Virus record (IMG/VR): IMGVR_UViG_3300020045_002346
Span: 1 to 26,857 of that record
Strand: one strand, 5' to 3'
From: a virus
Taxonomy: Duplodnaviria > Caudoviricetes
DNA length: 26,857 nt
Below, in pieces: positions 18,991-26,525 of this stretch. The translations under genes were made by a program, and so were the position numbers. The notes under the pieces are model-generated. The model ran no database searches. It worked only from the letters and a program-made list of their open reading frames with translations, and was not told the DNA's origin. The stretch's first letter is position 1, and every line of letters starts with the position of its first letter.

Positions 18991-19563
18991 TTACGCTCCT
19001 GTGTCTGCGTTTCTATACGTCAATAAGTTCTGTATGTCTCTAGCGCCTTTAATCTGTAAGACATGTTCAGCGCCAAAACGTGCTAACATCGCTGCTTCTG
19101 CTCTGTCTACCATCTTACCGCCTTTAGGTCCAGTAAACATATCTCTGTCTAGCGGAAACATTTCGTTCGCCCGCTGCATTATGGCCGTATCGTCTGCAAG
19201 TCCTTTACCCGGTACGCGCATCAAGGCTTTCCAGCTTGCAGGCGGTACAGTCTCGACGGGGATACGAAATATTGTCGCCGTCGCGTAAATACACCCTACG
19301 CCGTAGCCGAACACAAAGGCCGCTCCAGCGCCTTGCTGTGGGCGTCCCCCAACGGCTTCAAGCACCATTAGCTCAACGCCCATCATTTCGTAGACTTCGA
19401 ACATATCGGCTAAAGCAACAGTGTCTAGGCGTGGACGCTTTTTCTTGCCAATGACCTGATACCATACCGGCATGTCCTGGACGTCTACAACACGTTTTGA
19501 CACGCTATCATACGTAGCGAACGCGCCGGAATTACCGGGGTCAACACCTAGAACAAGTGTCAT
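18991..19563 (-). CDS. RuvC-like Holliday junction resolvase (phage type)
   Basis: VLGVDPGNSGA, VLE, FVFGYGVG, VPPASWK, DRAEAAMLA. Confidence 0.85.
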   Translation of the reverse strand: MTLVLGVDPGNSGAFATYDSVSKRVVDVQDMPVWYQVIGKKKRPRLDTVALADMFEVYEMMGVELMVLEAVGGRPQQGAGAAFVFGYGVGCIYATATIFRIPVETVPPASWKALMRVPGKGLADDTAIMQRANEMFPLDRDMFTGPKGGKMVDRAEAAMLARFGAEHVLQIKGARDIQNLLTYRNADTGA

Positions 19564-19853
19564 CGTAGCGCAGACATTGCGACTTGATAGCCTATTCCGT
19601 CATCGTTCGGCATGACCGCTTCGTATATGACGTCTCTGAACTTAAAGCGCTTTGTACCTTTGTAATAGTCTTCCTGCGAAATCTGGATTACGTCAGGCGT
19701 TGTGAGCGCCTTGACCTCCGCAAACACTTCGTCCCATTCCTTTTCCCGCAAATGGATTGTAAGACCCATAGGCGTGTGGTGATAGTTCGAAACGTCTTTC
19801 AGGCTCCGTATCGGATACTGCAATTCCTCGAAGAACGTAGCTTTCTTTTTCAT
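19560..19853 (-). CDS. Hypothetical protein
   Basis: ATGA-coupled at both ends. Confidence 0.7.
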   Translation of the reverse strand: MKKKATFFEELQYPIRSLKDVSNYHHTPMGLTIHLREKEWDEVFAEVKALTTPDVIQISQEDYYKGTKRFKFRDVIYEAVMPNDDGIGYQVAMSALR

Positions 19854-20131
19854 TGTAGTTTCCTTCCGTCCTCAACCTTCATCACGACTTCCGACAGAAT
19901 GACGTGAATGAAATACCGCTGTTGCGGATCAATCGTGTCAATGTCTTCTGCGCATCGTGACATAACGATTACTAGAGGTAGCTCAACCTCTTTTGCTTTG
20001 GCCTCAACCGCCGCCATGATTACGTCCTGAATGTTCGCAGGCCAATCGTCCATATCGCCTTCAAGCGGCGCGGTTACGTATTGAACCATTTCGAACGTAC
20101 GGATACCCGTGTGTTTAGGAAGATCACTCAT
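19850..20131 (-). CDS. Hypothetical protein
   Basis: ATGA-coupled at both ends. Confidence 0.7.
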   Translation of the reverse strand: MSDLPKHTGIRTFEMVQYVTAPLEGDMDDWPANIQDVIMAAVEAKAKEVELPLVIVMSRCAEDIDTIDPQQRYFIHVILSEVVMKVEDGRKLQ

Positions 20132-20361
20132 TCGTCTGACCCCCGCGCCCTCTGTGAGGGTGACTGGTTTAGGTAGGCCATGAGAAGATCGCCGCGAAGG
20201 CGTTCGATCTCATCTGCAGCTTCCGGTCCGGTCCGGTCGTAACGCAGGACCTTTCCAGATCCGGCGCAGCCGCCACATTCTTTTCCGCTATACTTGATAC
20301 CATCACCATCGCAGACGGTGCAGTCTCGGGTAGAGCGAAGCCGTTCGATCAGGTTACTCAT
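20128..20361 (-). CDS. Small protein with DnaJ-like CxxCxGxG zinc finger, 77 aa
   Basis: GGAGGT RBS before ATG 20361 (MSNLIERLR); CTVCDGDG and CGGCAGSG; EAADEIERLR motif. Confidence 0.75.
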   Translation of the reverse strand: MSNLIERLRSTRDCTVCDGDGIKYSGKECGGCAGSGKVLRYDRTGPEAADEIERLRGDLLMAYLNQSPSQRARGSDE

Positions 20362-20557
20362 CGTCCGACCTCCGAAGCCTGAGCGGCGATAAGCTTGCGG
20401 AAATGCGCCCGCTCGGAGGGCAAGATAATGCCGCAAGGAGGCCTTCGCCTGGCTCATGGTTGCAGGCCACAATCCACTGGCGGATTTCATCATCCGACAT
20501 ATCAAACCCTACCCCAAGTGTTACGGGCGCGGGGGTCTTATCGTCGTTCTTATCCAA
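20354..20557 (-). CDS. Hypothetical protein
   Basis: TTG start with AGGAG upstream; 8 nt overlap with the next gene. Confidence 0.4.
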   Translation of the reverse strand: MDKNDDKTPAPVTLGVGFDMSDDEIRQWIVACNHEPGEGLLAALSCPPSGRISASLSPLRLRRSDDE

Positions 20558-20623
20558 GGAATAGCGCTCCTGCTAGGACGATCAGGACAACGAAAAACGT
20601 TCCGCAGTCAACCGATGGCCTTG

Positions 20624-20950
20624 TTAACGGGGTGATTGTCTTGTTGAACGTCCTCTTACCGATGCGTGACGCAAAGCGCGCTGCGCTCTTTCCTTTTGCA
20701 AGGCAACGTTCAATTCCTGTTTCACGGCCAGGAGCAGCGCTAACTGCTCGTCTACGCGCTCCGCGATGTACCACCATGTTTCATCCAAATCTATGTCTAC
20801 GATTTGTGCTTTAGGCCCTAGCATCTTGTACAGATCGCTATAAGGCATTTCCAACAAATCGGCCAACTCGGTCGTCTTGAGGTCTAGCGCCGCGCATATA
20901 CGTTTAAGGAAACTATCCTCAATGTCAGGTAGTGGTACGCGACGTTTCAC
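20624..20950 (-). CDS. Putative HTH-containing protein
   Basis: GTG at 20950 coupled (GTGA) to the upstream ORF, AAGAGG RBS; FLKRICAALDLKTTELADLLEMPYSDL resembles an XRE-like HTH. Confidence 0.6.
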   Translation of the reverse strand: MKRRVPLPDIEDSFLKRICAALDLKTTELADLLEMPYSDLYKMLGPKAQIVDIDLDETWWYIAERVDEQLALLLAVKQELNVALQKERAQRALRHASVRGRSTRQSPR

Positions 20951-21120
20951 CAAAACCTCTTACGTTTTGTCTCTGCGACAAACTTACGTCTATCGTCTTC
21001 TGTCTTTTCGTTACCGCATTTCGGCGGGTCCAGGTCATTCACGTCCCAACTCAAATCACACTTTACACAAACCATCTGATCTGAGTATTGACGCGCTTCG
21101 CAGTTGGGACGTGTAGCCAT
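20947..21120 (-). CDS. Small Cys-rich protein, 57 aa (not in ORF track)
   Basis: Translated by hand: MATRPNCEARQYSDQMVCVKCDLSWDVNDLDPPKCGNEKTEDDRRKFVAETKRKRFW; TAATG-coupled upstream and GTGA-coupled downstream. Confidence 0.8.
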   Translation of the reverse strand: MATRPNCEARQYSDQMVCVKCDLSWDVNDLDPPKCGNEKTEDDRRKFVAETKRKRFW

Positions 21121-21413
21121 TACAGCCTCACAGGAGCCGTATCGACGCCAAGCAGCATAGTTTCTGCCTGCGCAGCCGCCATCATTTCTTTACCCGTCAT
21201 GTACGGACGAACTACACGTTCAGGCGGCGCTTTGTACTTTGAGGCACAAATAGCCATTTCGGACGTGCAGTCCATTGCGCGCTGAAAGTGATTGGCGCGT
21301 TTGAATGGCTTGAAGAACTTTGCCGTACCTTGTCGGAAGGATTGTTCCGCAATCTTGCTCATCTGCTTACCGTAGATTTCGGCGTAGCCTTCCTGTGTGA
21401 TCGGATCGCCCAT
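21120..21413 (-). CDS. Hypothetical protein
   Basis: TAATG-coupled at both ends. Confidence 0.7.
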   Translation of the reverse strand: MGDPITQEGYAEIYGKQMSKIAEQSFRQGTAKFFKPFKRANHFQRAMDCTSEMAICASKYKAPPERVVRPYMTGKEMMAAAQAETMLLGVDTAPVRL

Positions 21414-22546
21414 TATTCGAACTCCCGATCAACCGCAACGTCATCGATCAGGCACATTGCACGGTAAAGACCGTTCAAGTCCTTTACGATCTGATCGCGC
21501 AGAATTGTCTTCTGCATTTCGTCCGGCTTGAACTCTGTCTTACGCGCCTTGTAGTTGTTGAAGGTCGCACGGCTTACCCCGATGGCCGCAGCCATAGCCG
21601 TATCGTTGACGGCGCTATGGGACACGATCAGGTCCAAGACTTCCGCAGCTTCTTCGCCCATTGCAGGCGGCTGCTTCGGAACTACCGGGTCTTTCGCCTT
21701 GCGTTCAGCCTTTGCGGGCTTTGTCTTGTCCGGCGTATCATCCAGCATCGCCATGATGACGTTTGGAACGTCAGACGCATCGTGCAGGAACGTCAACGTC
21801 TGCAAATGCCCGACGTCTGTTTCGTCAAGGCCAAGTCGTGCGCCTGCACCGTTCGCCAAGATTTCATCGTCATCAAGCGCAAGCTCAACGTCGCTATAGA
21901 CTTCGATCATGTCAAAGCCCGTACCGATGTGAGCGCGCATCTTTTCTATTACGCCCTTGATTGCGTCGTCTGTTTCGTCCGTGGACATTTCGGCGTCTCC
22001 TGCCTCTTTGGGCGCTAGGTGTTGATCCAGATACAATTGAACGTCTGTCTGCACGATACCGGCGTTCGCCAAGATTTGCGCAGGCGTCTTTGACGCTATG
22101 CCTTGGTTCTGTTCCTGGACCGTTACGGATGAAAGCTGCTTGACGACTTCCCGTCCAGCGCTCAAGGCCAGCTTTTCAATCGTGCCTTCCTCGTACAACC
22201 GTGTGTCGATTGTGTTCGTGGCAAGCCAGTTGGCCGATAAGTGCTTTTGGAATGGATCGAAAATACTTTCAACCTCATCGTCCAGGGCGCTTTCGTAATC
22301 GTCGCGTGTCGGCTGATCGGGGCAATCGTCATGTTCGCCGTTCAGCATAACGTACATTTCATACATATCATTAAGCTGCGGAATGAGAATTGCGGCAACG
22401 TTCTTTGCGGCGCTTTGCTCGATTTCAGACACAACGGCTTTGAGCGCTTGATCTATCGTCGGCTTGCGCTTAGGGGAAAGCGCAGGGTGTTTCATGGCGC
22501 TTTCGAGCAGTTCACCCTTATCGGCAATAAAGTCTTGGAGATACAT
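21413..22546 (-). CDS. Acidic 377 aa protein with C-terminal XRE-like HTH
   Basis: NDTAMAAAIGVSRATFNNY HTH; strongly Asp/Glu-rich N-terminal and central parts. Confidence 0.75.
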   Translation of the reverse strand: MYLQDFIADKGELLESAMKHPALSPKRKPTIDQALKAVVSEIEQSAAKNVAAILIPQLNDMYEMYVMLNGEHDDCPDQPTRDDYESALDDEVESIFDPFQKHLSANWLATNTIDTRLYEEGTIEKLALSAGREVVKQLSSVTVQEQNQGIASKTPAQILANAGIVQTDVQLYLDQHLAPKEAGDAEMSTDETDDAIKGVIEKMRAHIGTGFDMIEVYSDVELALDDDEILANGAGARLGLDETDVGHLQTLTFLHDASDVPNVIMAMLDDTPDKTKPAKAERKAKDPVVPKQPPAMGEEAAEVLDLIVSHSAVNDTAMAAAIGVSRATFNNYKARKTEFKPDEMQKTILRDQIVKDLNGLYRAMCLIDDVAVDREFE

Positions 22547-22568
22547 GTTAACGCCCTTGTTGTCGAAT

Positions 22569-22707
22569 TGGCAGGGAGACGGTCACAACTCGTCTCCCCT
22601 CCAGCGCTTACGCCGTCATGCACCGACGATGCAGCTAGCTGAGGTTTTCGAACTGCGCGACTGTCCGGACGGAAATCTAAACAATCGCGCAGTCTAAAAC
22701 GTCAGCC
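22569..22707 (-). other. Multi-hairpin structured intergenic RNA (processing site, leader or ncRNA candidate)
   Basis: About 30 bp imperfect stem at 22637-22707 whose mismatches mostly become G.U on the minus strand; perfect GGGAGACG/CGTCTCCC stem at 22574-22598; two small stems in between. Confidence 0.6.
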
Positions 22708-22712
22708 TTCAA

Positions 22713-23156
22713 TCAGACAGCGGCGGGCTGTTCGACAGAGGGGGTAGCCGACGTATCAGGACGGCGATAGATGCGTACGCCGGTGCCGCGCTCTGCGTCG
22801 TTGACGAAGATGACGGAGAAGTTATGCGCCGAATTGCCTTCGGCCTTTTTGTGGCGGCGGATATCGCCCTGGATACGGTTCTGCACGGTCTTGGCCGCTT
22901 CCTTGAGCGCGGACGCCTGTTCCTTCGGATCGATGATCGTGGACGGGACCTCGACGGTTTCAAGCCAGGACTTGCCGACAGGCACAGCGGCCAGTTTCTT
23001 GCGGACGTCGGAAAGCTCGCGTGGGCCTCCAGAACGGCCAGGAAGCTTTTCAGGCATCGGAACGTCATCGAAGGTGAAAGCGCTTGTCTGCGGCACGTCT
23101 ACGCCGGTTTCTGCGGTATTCGAAGGGGAAGGGGGTGCGGGAGGCTTCGGGGCCAT
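22713..23156 (-). CDS. Putative small DNA-binding protein (DUF7303-like)
   Basis: AGGAG RBS; FDDVPMP...VPVGKSW...GVRIYRR resembles a common phage family (xxVPIP...VGDSF...GVRVWR); first gene after a promoter. Confidence 0.7.
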   Translation of the reverse strand: MAPKPPAPPSPSNTAETGVDVPQTSAFTFDDVPMPEKLPGRSGGPRELSDVRKKLAAVPVGKSWLETVEVPSTIIDPKEQASALKEAAKTVQNRIQGDIRRHKKAEGNSAHNFSVIFVNDAERGTGVRIYRRPDTSATPSVEQPAAV

Positions 23157-23194
23157 GATGTTTCTCCTGGGTTTGGGTGTTTTGCAGTGTGTTT

Positions 23195-23238
23195 GTTATG
23201 CACAGTCGTTAGATATGTGTCAAACAGTTTTTCGTCAA
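23195..23238 (-). promoter_or_regulatory. Tandem overlapping sigma70-like promoters
   Basis: Minus strand: TTGACG(23238-33)-17 nt-TATCTA(23215-10) and TTGACA(23223-18)-17 nt-CATAAC(23200-195). Confidence 0.7.
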
Positions 23239-23498
23239 GTCGGAAAATTAGGATGAATGCCTTTAGCCCAATTCCACGTTTCGCGCATCCACTCTTTCCG
23301 GAAGCTTTCAACGCGCTGTTCTATCTCTTCCGTAAGCTCTTGAGCGTCAAGCCCATACCGCTTGCGGATGCTATAAATCTGGACGGACGTGATGTTTCGT
23401 GGCGTGTCTTTGAGAAGGTCGCGGAGTTTACGCGGAAACTTGTCATAGACCGATAAGTCATATTCACGGTTATAATCCGAGTTTCCGCCATTGCTCAC
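23235..23498 (-). CDS. Hypothetical protein (DUF6525-like)
   Basis: YDKFPRKLRDLL resembles the YDxLPxxLRxxL motif; GTGA-coupled. Confidence 0.6.
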   Translation of the reverse strand: MSNGGNSDYNREYDLSVYDKFPRKLRDLLKDTPRNITSVQIYSIRKRYGLDAQELTEEIEQRVESFRKEWMRETWNWAKGIHPNFPT

Positions 23499-23677
23499 AG
23501 TTCGATTTCCTCGTTTCGGAGTGTTTCAAGCCAGTTAAGTTCATGCGTCAATAGCTGACGTTTGTTGTCCATAGTCCATGCACTTCCACCATGTAGAAGC
23601 GAATTTTCCGCGTTCTGAACGTCAAGTTCTGCTTTCTCGATAGCTTTAAGCTTATCGTATAGTTCGCCTACGGTCAT
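23495..23677 (-). CDS. Hypothetical protein
   Basis: GAGGT RBS; coupled at both ends. Confidence 0.65.
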   Translation of the reverse strand: MTVGELYDKLKAIEKAELDVQNAENSLLHGGSAWTMDNKRQLLTHELNWLETLRNEEIEL

Positions 23678-24399
23678 GACATAACCTCAACAGTTTTCAT
23701 GTCAATGATTTCAGTCCTATTGACCACGGAGGCCAGGACTTGAAACACCTTGTACTTTTTGTCCGAATAGGACGGGTAAACGTCTCGATGCTGGCGGCAA
23801 GCAGCCTGCACGGTTTGATAGACGTCTGGTATTCTTCCTGCGATGATTAGCCCCGCGACTGTTTTGGCCGCTTCGCTATCAGACGCAATGACGTAGTGCA
23901 TACGACTTTCAGTCTTTTTGAACTTTACGTATTCACGTCTTTGCCATTCTTTCACGTAGTCAGATATAGGGATTTGTTCTGAATGGAATAATTCTTCAAG
24001 CATGCTGTCAGGGATGTCTTCAAGCCTATGTGTCGTGCTTGGATCGAAATTTATATGACGTTTCTGTCGTTCGTTCATAAGAGGCGTTTTCGACGGCATG
24101 ACGTATTCTGCTTTCTGGCGTAGCTCGCGTGTATGCAATCCGATAGACCGTTCCGCCTTAAGTGCATCGCGTCTTTTACGTAGCGTTTCACCGTAAAGAG
24201 GCGAAACGTACGGAACAGGCTCTTGCGGCTTTTCTAGCTCGATATGCGCACGTTGTTCAGCTATACGTTCGTCAAGTGACTTGTTTAGCTCTTGATGCAT
24301 GATTTGCGATCTGTATCCTAGACCTACGAAATCCGGATACGGTATGTTCTTTAAAGCTCTAGCAAGCCTTGTTGCGAAGCTTTTCTTTCCCTTGTCCAT
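23674..24399 (-). CDS. Hypothetical protein, 241 aa
   Basis: Start preceded by the repeated TAGGAGATAAG linker. Confidence 0.75.
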   Translation of the reverse strand: MDKGKKSFATRLARALKNIPYPDFVGLGYRSQIMHQELNKSLDERIAEQRAHIELEKPQEPVPYVSPLYGETLRKRRDALKAERSIGLHTRELRQKAEYVMPSKTPLMNERQKRHINFDPSTTHRLEDIPDSMLEELFHSEQIPISDYVKEWQRREYVKFKKTESRMHYVIASDSEAAKTVAGLIIAGRIPDVYQTVQAACRQHRDVYPSYSDKKYKVFQVLASVVNRTEIIDMKTVEVMS

Positions 24400-24680
24400 T
24401 TTGGCTTATCTCCTAATGGTCTATTGTGAAGTTGAATGAAATGACCTTGCTTGTGTACGGTCACGTACTTATCGCGTTTGTACTGTTTATGATACAGATT
24501 GAAAATGTTGTCAAGGTTCCAGTCTTCGCATTGTGAGAGGTCACGACGAAACGCTAGTGTCTCTTTACCCATTGGCAAAAAGCAAATAGCACCGTCGTCC
24601 AAGCGGCCTATTAAGGTTCCGCCTAAATGCGATGCTACGCAATATTTCGTTGTAAATGTCTCACAAGCCAAAACGGCCAT
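24351..24680 (-). CDS. Hypothetical protein
   Basis: ATG 1 nt after the upstream stop; reads through a linker copy and overlaps the next gene by 49 nt. Confidence 0.6.
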   Translation of the reverse strand: MAVLACETFTTKYCVASHLGGTLIGRLDDGAICFLPMGKETLAFRRDLSQCEDWNLDNIFNLYHKQYKRDKYVTVHKQGHFIQLHNRPLGDKPKWTRERKASQQGLLEL

Positions 24681-24681
24681 G

Positions 24682-24843
24682 TCATTGGTCCTTAGAGCAA
24701 GACACGCCTATGTCCTGCTTGTACGTGGCGCTAGCCACTACACGCCTAGCAGCCGCTTCACACGCGGCCTCCGTCTTGAACTCGACAACGCTTGCGAATT
24801 TACCGTTGTTCATTAGGATTATTATCAGATACCAAGTTGCCAC
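24682..24843 (-). CDS. Small protein, 53 aa (not in ORF track)
   Basis: MATWYLIIILMNNGKFASVVEFKTEAACEAAARRVVASATYKQDIGVSCSKDQ; GTG start in a linker copy. Confidence 0.75.
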   Translation of the reverse strand: MATWYLIIILMNNGKFASVVEFKTEAACEAAARRVVASATYKQDIGVSCSKDQ

Positions 24844-24854
24844 TGTCTTATCTC

Positions 24855-24989
24855 CTATCGGTTAAGCGTTTGAAAGCACGTATCATGCGAATGTGACAAC
24901 TCGCAGACAACCATTACGTCCGCAAAGCCTTGTGACCGGCAGTACATAATAGTCAAAACGATTGCGAGCATTGCGAAACTAATGCGCAT
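24855..24989 (-). CDS. Small exported or membrane-anchored peptide, 44 aa (not in ORF track)
   Basis: MRISFAMLAIVLTIMYCRSQGFADVMVVCELSHSHDTCFQTLNR; starts in one linker copy and uses the TAG of the next as its stop. Confidence 0.75.
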   Translation of the reverse strand: MRISFAMLAIVLTIMYCRSQGFADVMVVCELSHSHDTCFQTLNR

Positions 24990-25001
24990 TGGCTTATCTC
25001 C

Positions 25002-25050
25002 TAACAAATTGTTGAGCGTGGCCTTTTACCGCCACGCCTACAAGTCGTTA
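25002..25050 (-). promoter_or_regulatory. Intergenic long hairpin C (candidate RNA processing site)
   Basis: TAACGA-C-TTGT-A-GGCGTGGC[GGTAAAAG]GCCACGCT-CA-ACAA-T-TTGTTA; runs from the stop codon to the RBS; no U-tract. Confidence 0.55.
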
Positions 25051-25296
25051 CGCCCGTCCGCATTCAAGCTCTAAGCCGTCTAGTGCTATCTTGATGCAAA
25101 GGACGTTATAAACCGCACCGTCTGGCGTCTTATCACCTAGCAGGCATGTATCACGAATAAATTTCCTCCGTGCTTCCTTCTCAGTCTTTGCGCGCTTGTA
25201 TGCCTCAACAGCGGCGAAATACAAACTTTCATCGTTCGCGATCCAAAGCGATACGTTCCACGCGTTCCAAGACCGATAACCCTGATATTCCTGCAT
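25048..25296 (-). CDS. Hypothetical protein (DUF7249-like)
   Basis: YQGYRSWNAWNVSLWIANDESLY resembles the YNGWxNxxTWNVxLWxxND phage family; linker RBS. Confidence 0.75.
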   Translation of the reverse strand: MQEYQGYRSWNAWNVSLWIANDESLYFAAVEAYKRAKTEKEARRKFIRDTCLLGDKTPDGAVYNVLCIKIALDGLELECGRA

Positions 25297-25320
25297 TGTC
25301 TTATCTCCTAAGTTGACGTT

Positions 25321-25367
25321 AAGCGTTTATAGATCGCCACGCTTGAACGTGACGACACTAAGCGCTT
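25321..25367 (-). promoter_or_regulatory. Intergenic long hairpin B (candidate RNA processing site)
   Basis: AAGCGCTTA-GT-GTCGTCACG[TTCAAG]CGTGGCGAT-CTA-TAAACGCTT. Confidence 0.6.
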
Positions 25368-25509
25368 ACATTCCTAGCGTTTCCGTGTACCAGCAATCAA
25401 CGTCTGGAGTTCCATGCGTACCGGAATTATTCACAATGCGAAAGAATGCAACGAAGTACCCAAACCGACTTGCGGCTTTTAGCGCTCTGTGTATCTCGTA
25501 CGTTTTCAT
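25366..25509 (-). CDS. Small protein, 47 aa (not in ORF track)
   Basis: MKTYEIHRALKAASRFGYFVAFFRIVNNSGTHGTPDVDCWYTETLGM; linker-variant RBS. Confidence 0.7.
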   Translation of the reverse strand: MKTYEIHRALKAASRFGYFVAFFRIVNNSGTHGTPDVDCWYTETLGM

Positions 25510-25564
25510 GTCCGTATCTCCTATTTGATCCTGTTTGTACGTTACGCTGATTTGCGTACGTTCG

Positions 25565-26353
25565 TCAACTGTCTATTTTGTTTATTTGTGCAATTACAGC
25601 GTCAACGATTGCGTCTGCTATTCCGTCGTACGTACGACTTCTAATGTCCCACCTATCATCTGTCTGCCCTAGCTTGTTTTGATTGCTGTCTGTCTGATTT
25701 GACCAACGTTCAACCATCTTGCCAGAACCTTTAGGCCACTCGACAATGCGGCCAGGGACGCGCATCCAAGGTTCTTTTACGATTTGCATATCTTGTATCG
25801 GGTTGGCCTGATCGTCTACAAACCATAGATCAGTTGTTTTGCTCGCATCGTCACCTAGCTCGTACGGCTGTACAGTTTGTGACGCCTTGCGAATGCGAGT
25901 GCCTACAACACCTCTAGGGTTCTCAAACACCTTGATTGGTATCTTGATGTGCATCAGCCGTCTAAACTCGTCTAGCGCCGCCTCGCGGGCTTCTCTACGG
26001 GCTTTACCGAATAGCGTTCCGGGCTTTAGTTTTTGGTGATAGCCGGCACTTGGATAACGTACAAAGTCGGGGTCTTTGTACGCCCATTCCGCGCTTGTCG
26101 TCAGGTTTGTGCATGTAGGGTGGAAGACAGCGGCAAACGGCCACATGTCATTAGCGTACATATTGTCTAGTGTCTGAAACACGTCACCAACTAAATGACG
26201 TCCTAGCGGTCTGTTATCCTCACTATACGCCATTTCCTCGCCACCGTCTTTTGACGGTAGTAAATCGGCGCTGTACGTTTCATAACCCCTAAACTGAAAA
26301 CGGCGGCGCAATTGGCCGCTCGTCTCCATACCGATGAATATGATTGGTTTCAT
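25565..26353 (-). CDS. DNA cytosine-5 methyltransferase-like protein (short phage type)
   Basis: GMETSG...SADLLP...HLVGDV...HPTCT (catalytic Cys-like), ENP, QPYELG..SKTTDLW, RSRTYDGIADA; GGAGG RBS. Confidence 0.7.
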   Translation of the reverse strand: MKPIIFIGMETSGQLRRRFQFRGYETYSADLLPSKDGGEEMAYSEDNRPLGRHLVGDVFQTLDNMYANDMWPFAAVFHPTCTNLTTSAEWAYKDPDFVRYPSAGYHQKLKPGTLFGKARREAREAALDEFRRLMHIKIPIKVFENPRGVVGTRIRKASQTVQPYELGDDASKTTDLWFVDDQANPIQDMQIVKEPWMRVPGRIVEWPKGSGKMVERWSNQTDSNQNKLGQTDDRWDIRSRTYDGIADAIVDAVIAQINKIDS

Positions 26354-26356
26354 GTT

Positions 26357-26503
26357 CTAGCCTCCAGCTACTTCATGCGCCATACCGATTGACGGGCATA
26401 CGCGTGGGCCTGACGCATATACGCCATAGACGTAATAGTCAAAACCCCAATCCTCACGTACTTCCCATATCTCAATATTACCGGCTTTGTGAATGAGACG
26501 CAT
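26357..26503 (-). CDS. Small protein, 48 aa (not in ORF track)
   Basis: MRLIHKAGNIEIWEVREDWGFDYYVYGVYASGPRVCPSIGMAHEVAGG; linker RBS; stop 3 nt before the methyltransferase-like start. Confidence 0.75.
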   Translation of the reverse strand: MRLIHKAGNIEIWEVREDWGFDYYVYGVYASGPRVCPSIGMAHEVAGG

Positions 26504-26525
26504 TGTCTTATCTCCAGGTTAGGTT

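Noticed and set aside
20362-20777. Extended start of the 20128-20505 ORF and the 20550-20777 ORF
   Set aside because: The strong GGAGGT RBS supports a start at 20361. The 20550-20777 ORF mostly overlaps the HTH gene and lacks a credible start for its short hydrophobic tail.
21040-21113. Perfect 12 bp inverted repeat CACGTCCCAACT/AGTTGGGACGTG, 50 nt apart
   Set aside because: It lies wholly inside the 57 aa ORF, occurs once and has no invertase nearby; a chance occurrence in a window this size is plausible.
22630-22710. Hammerhead ribozyme or tRNA in the structured intergenic region
   Set aside because: No CUGANGA core on either strand; no cloverleaf, TTC T-loop in proper context or CCA arrangement.
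106-23456. Numerous long antisense and alternate-frame ORFs (e.g. 7181-7813, 14209-14856, 22824-23456)
   Set aside because: These are shadows of well-supported genes in moderately GC-rich DNA, with no RBS or recognisable motifs.
25524-25564. Fourth junction hairpin (ACG-TACGC/GCGTA-A-CGT)
   Set aside because: Only about 8 bp with a bulge and it lacks the shared lower stem, so it is too weak to group with hairpins A-C.
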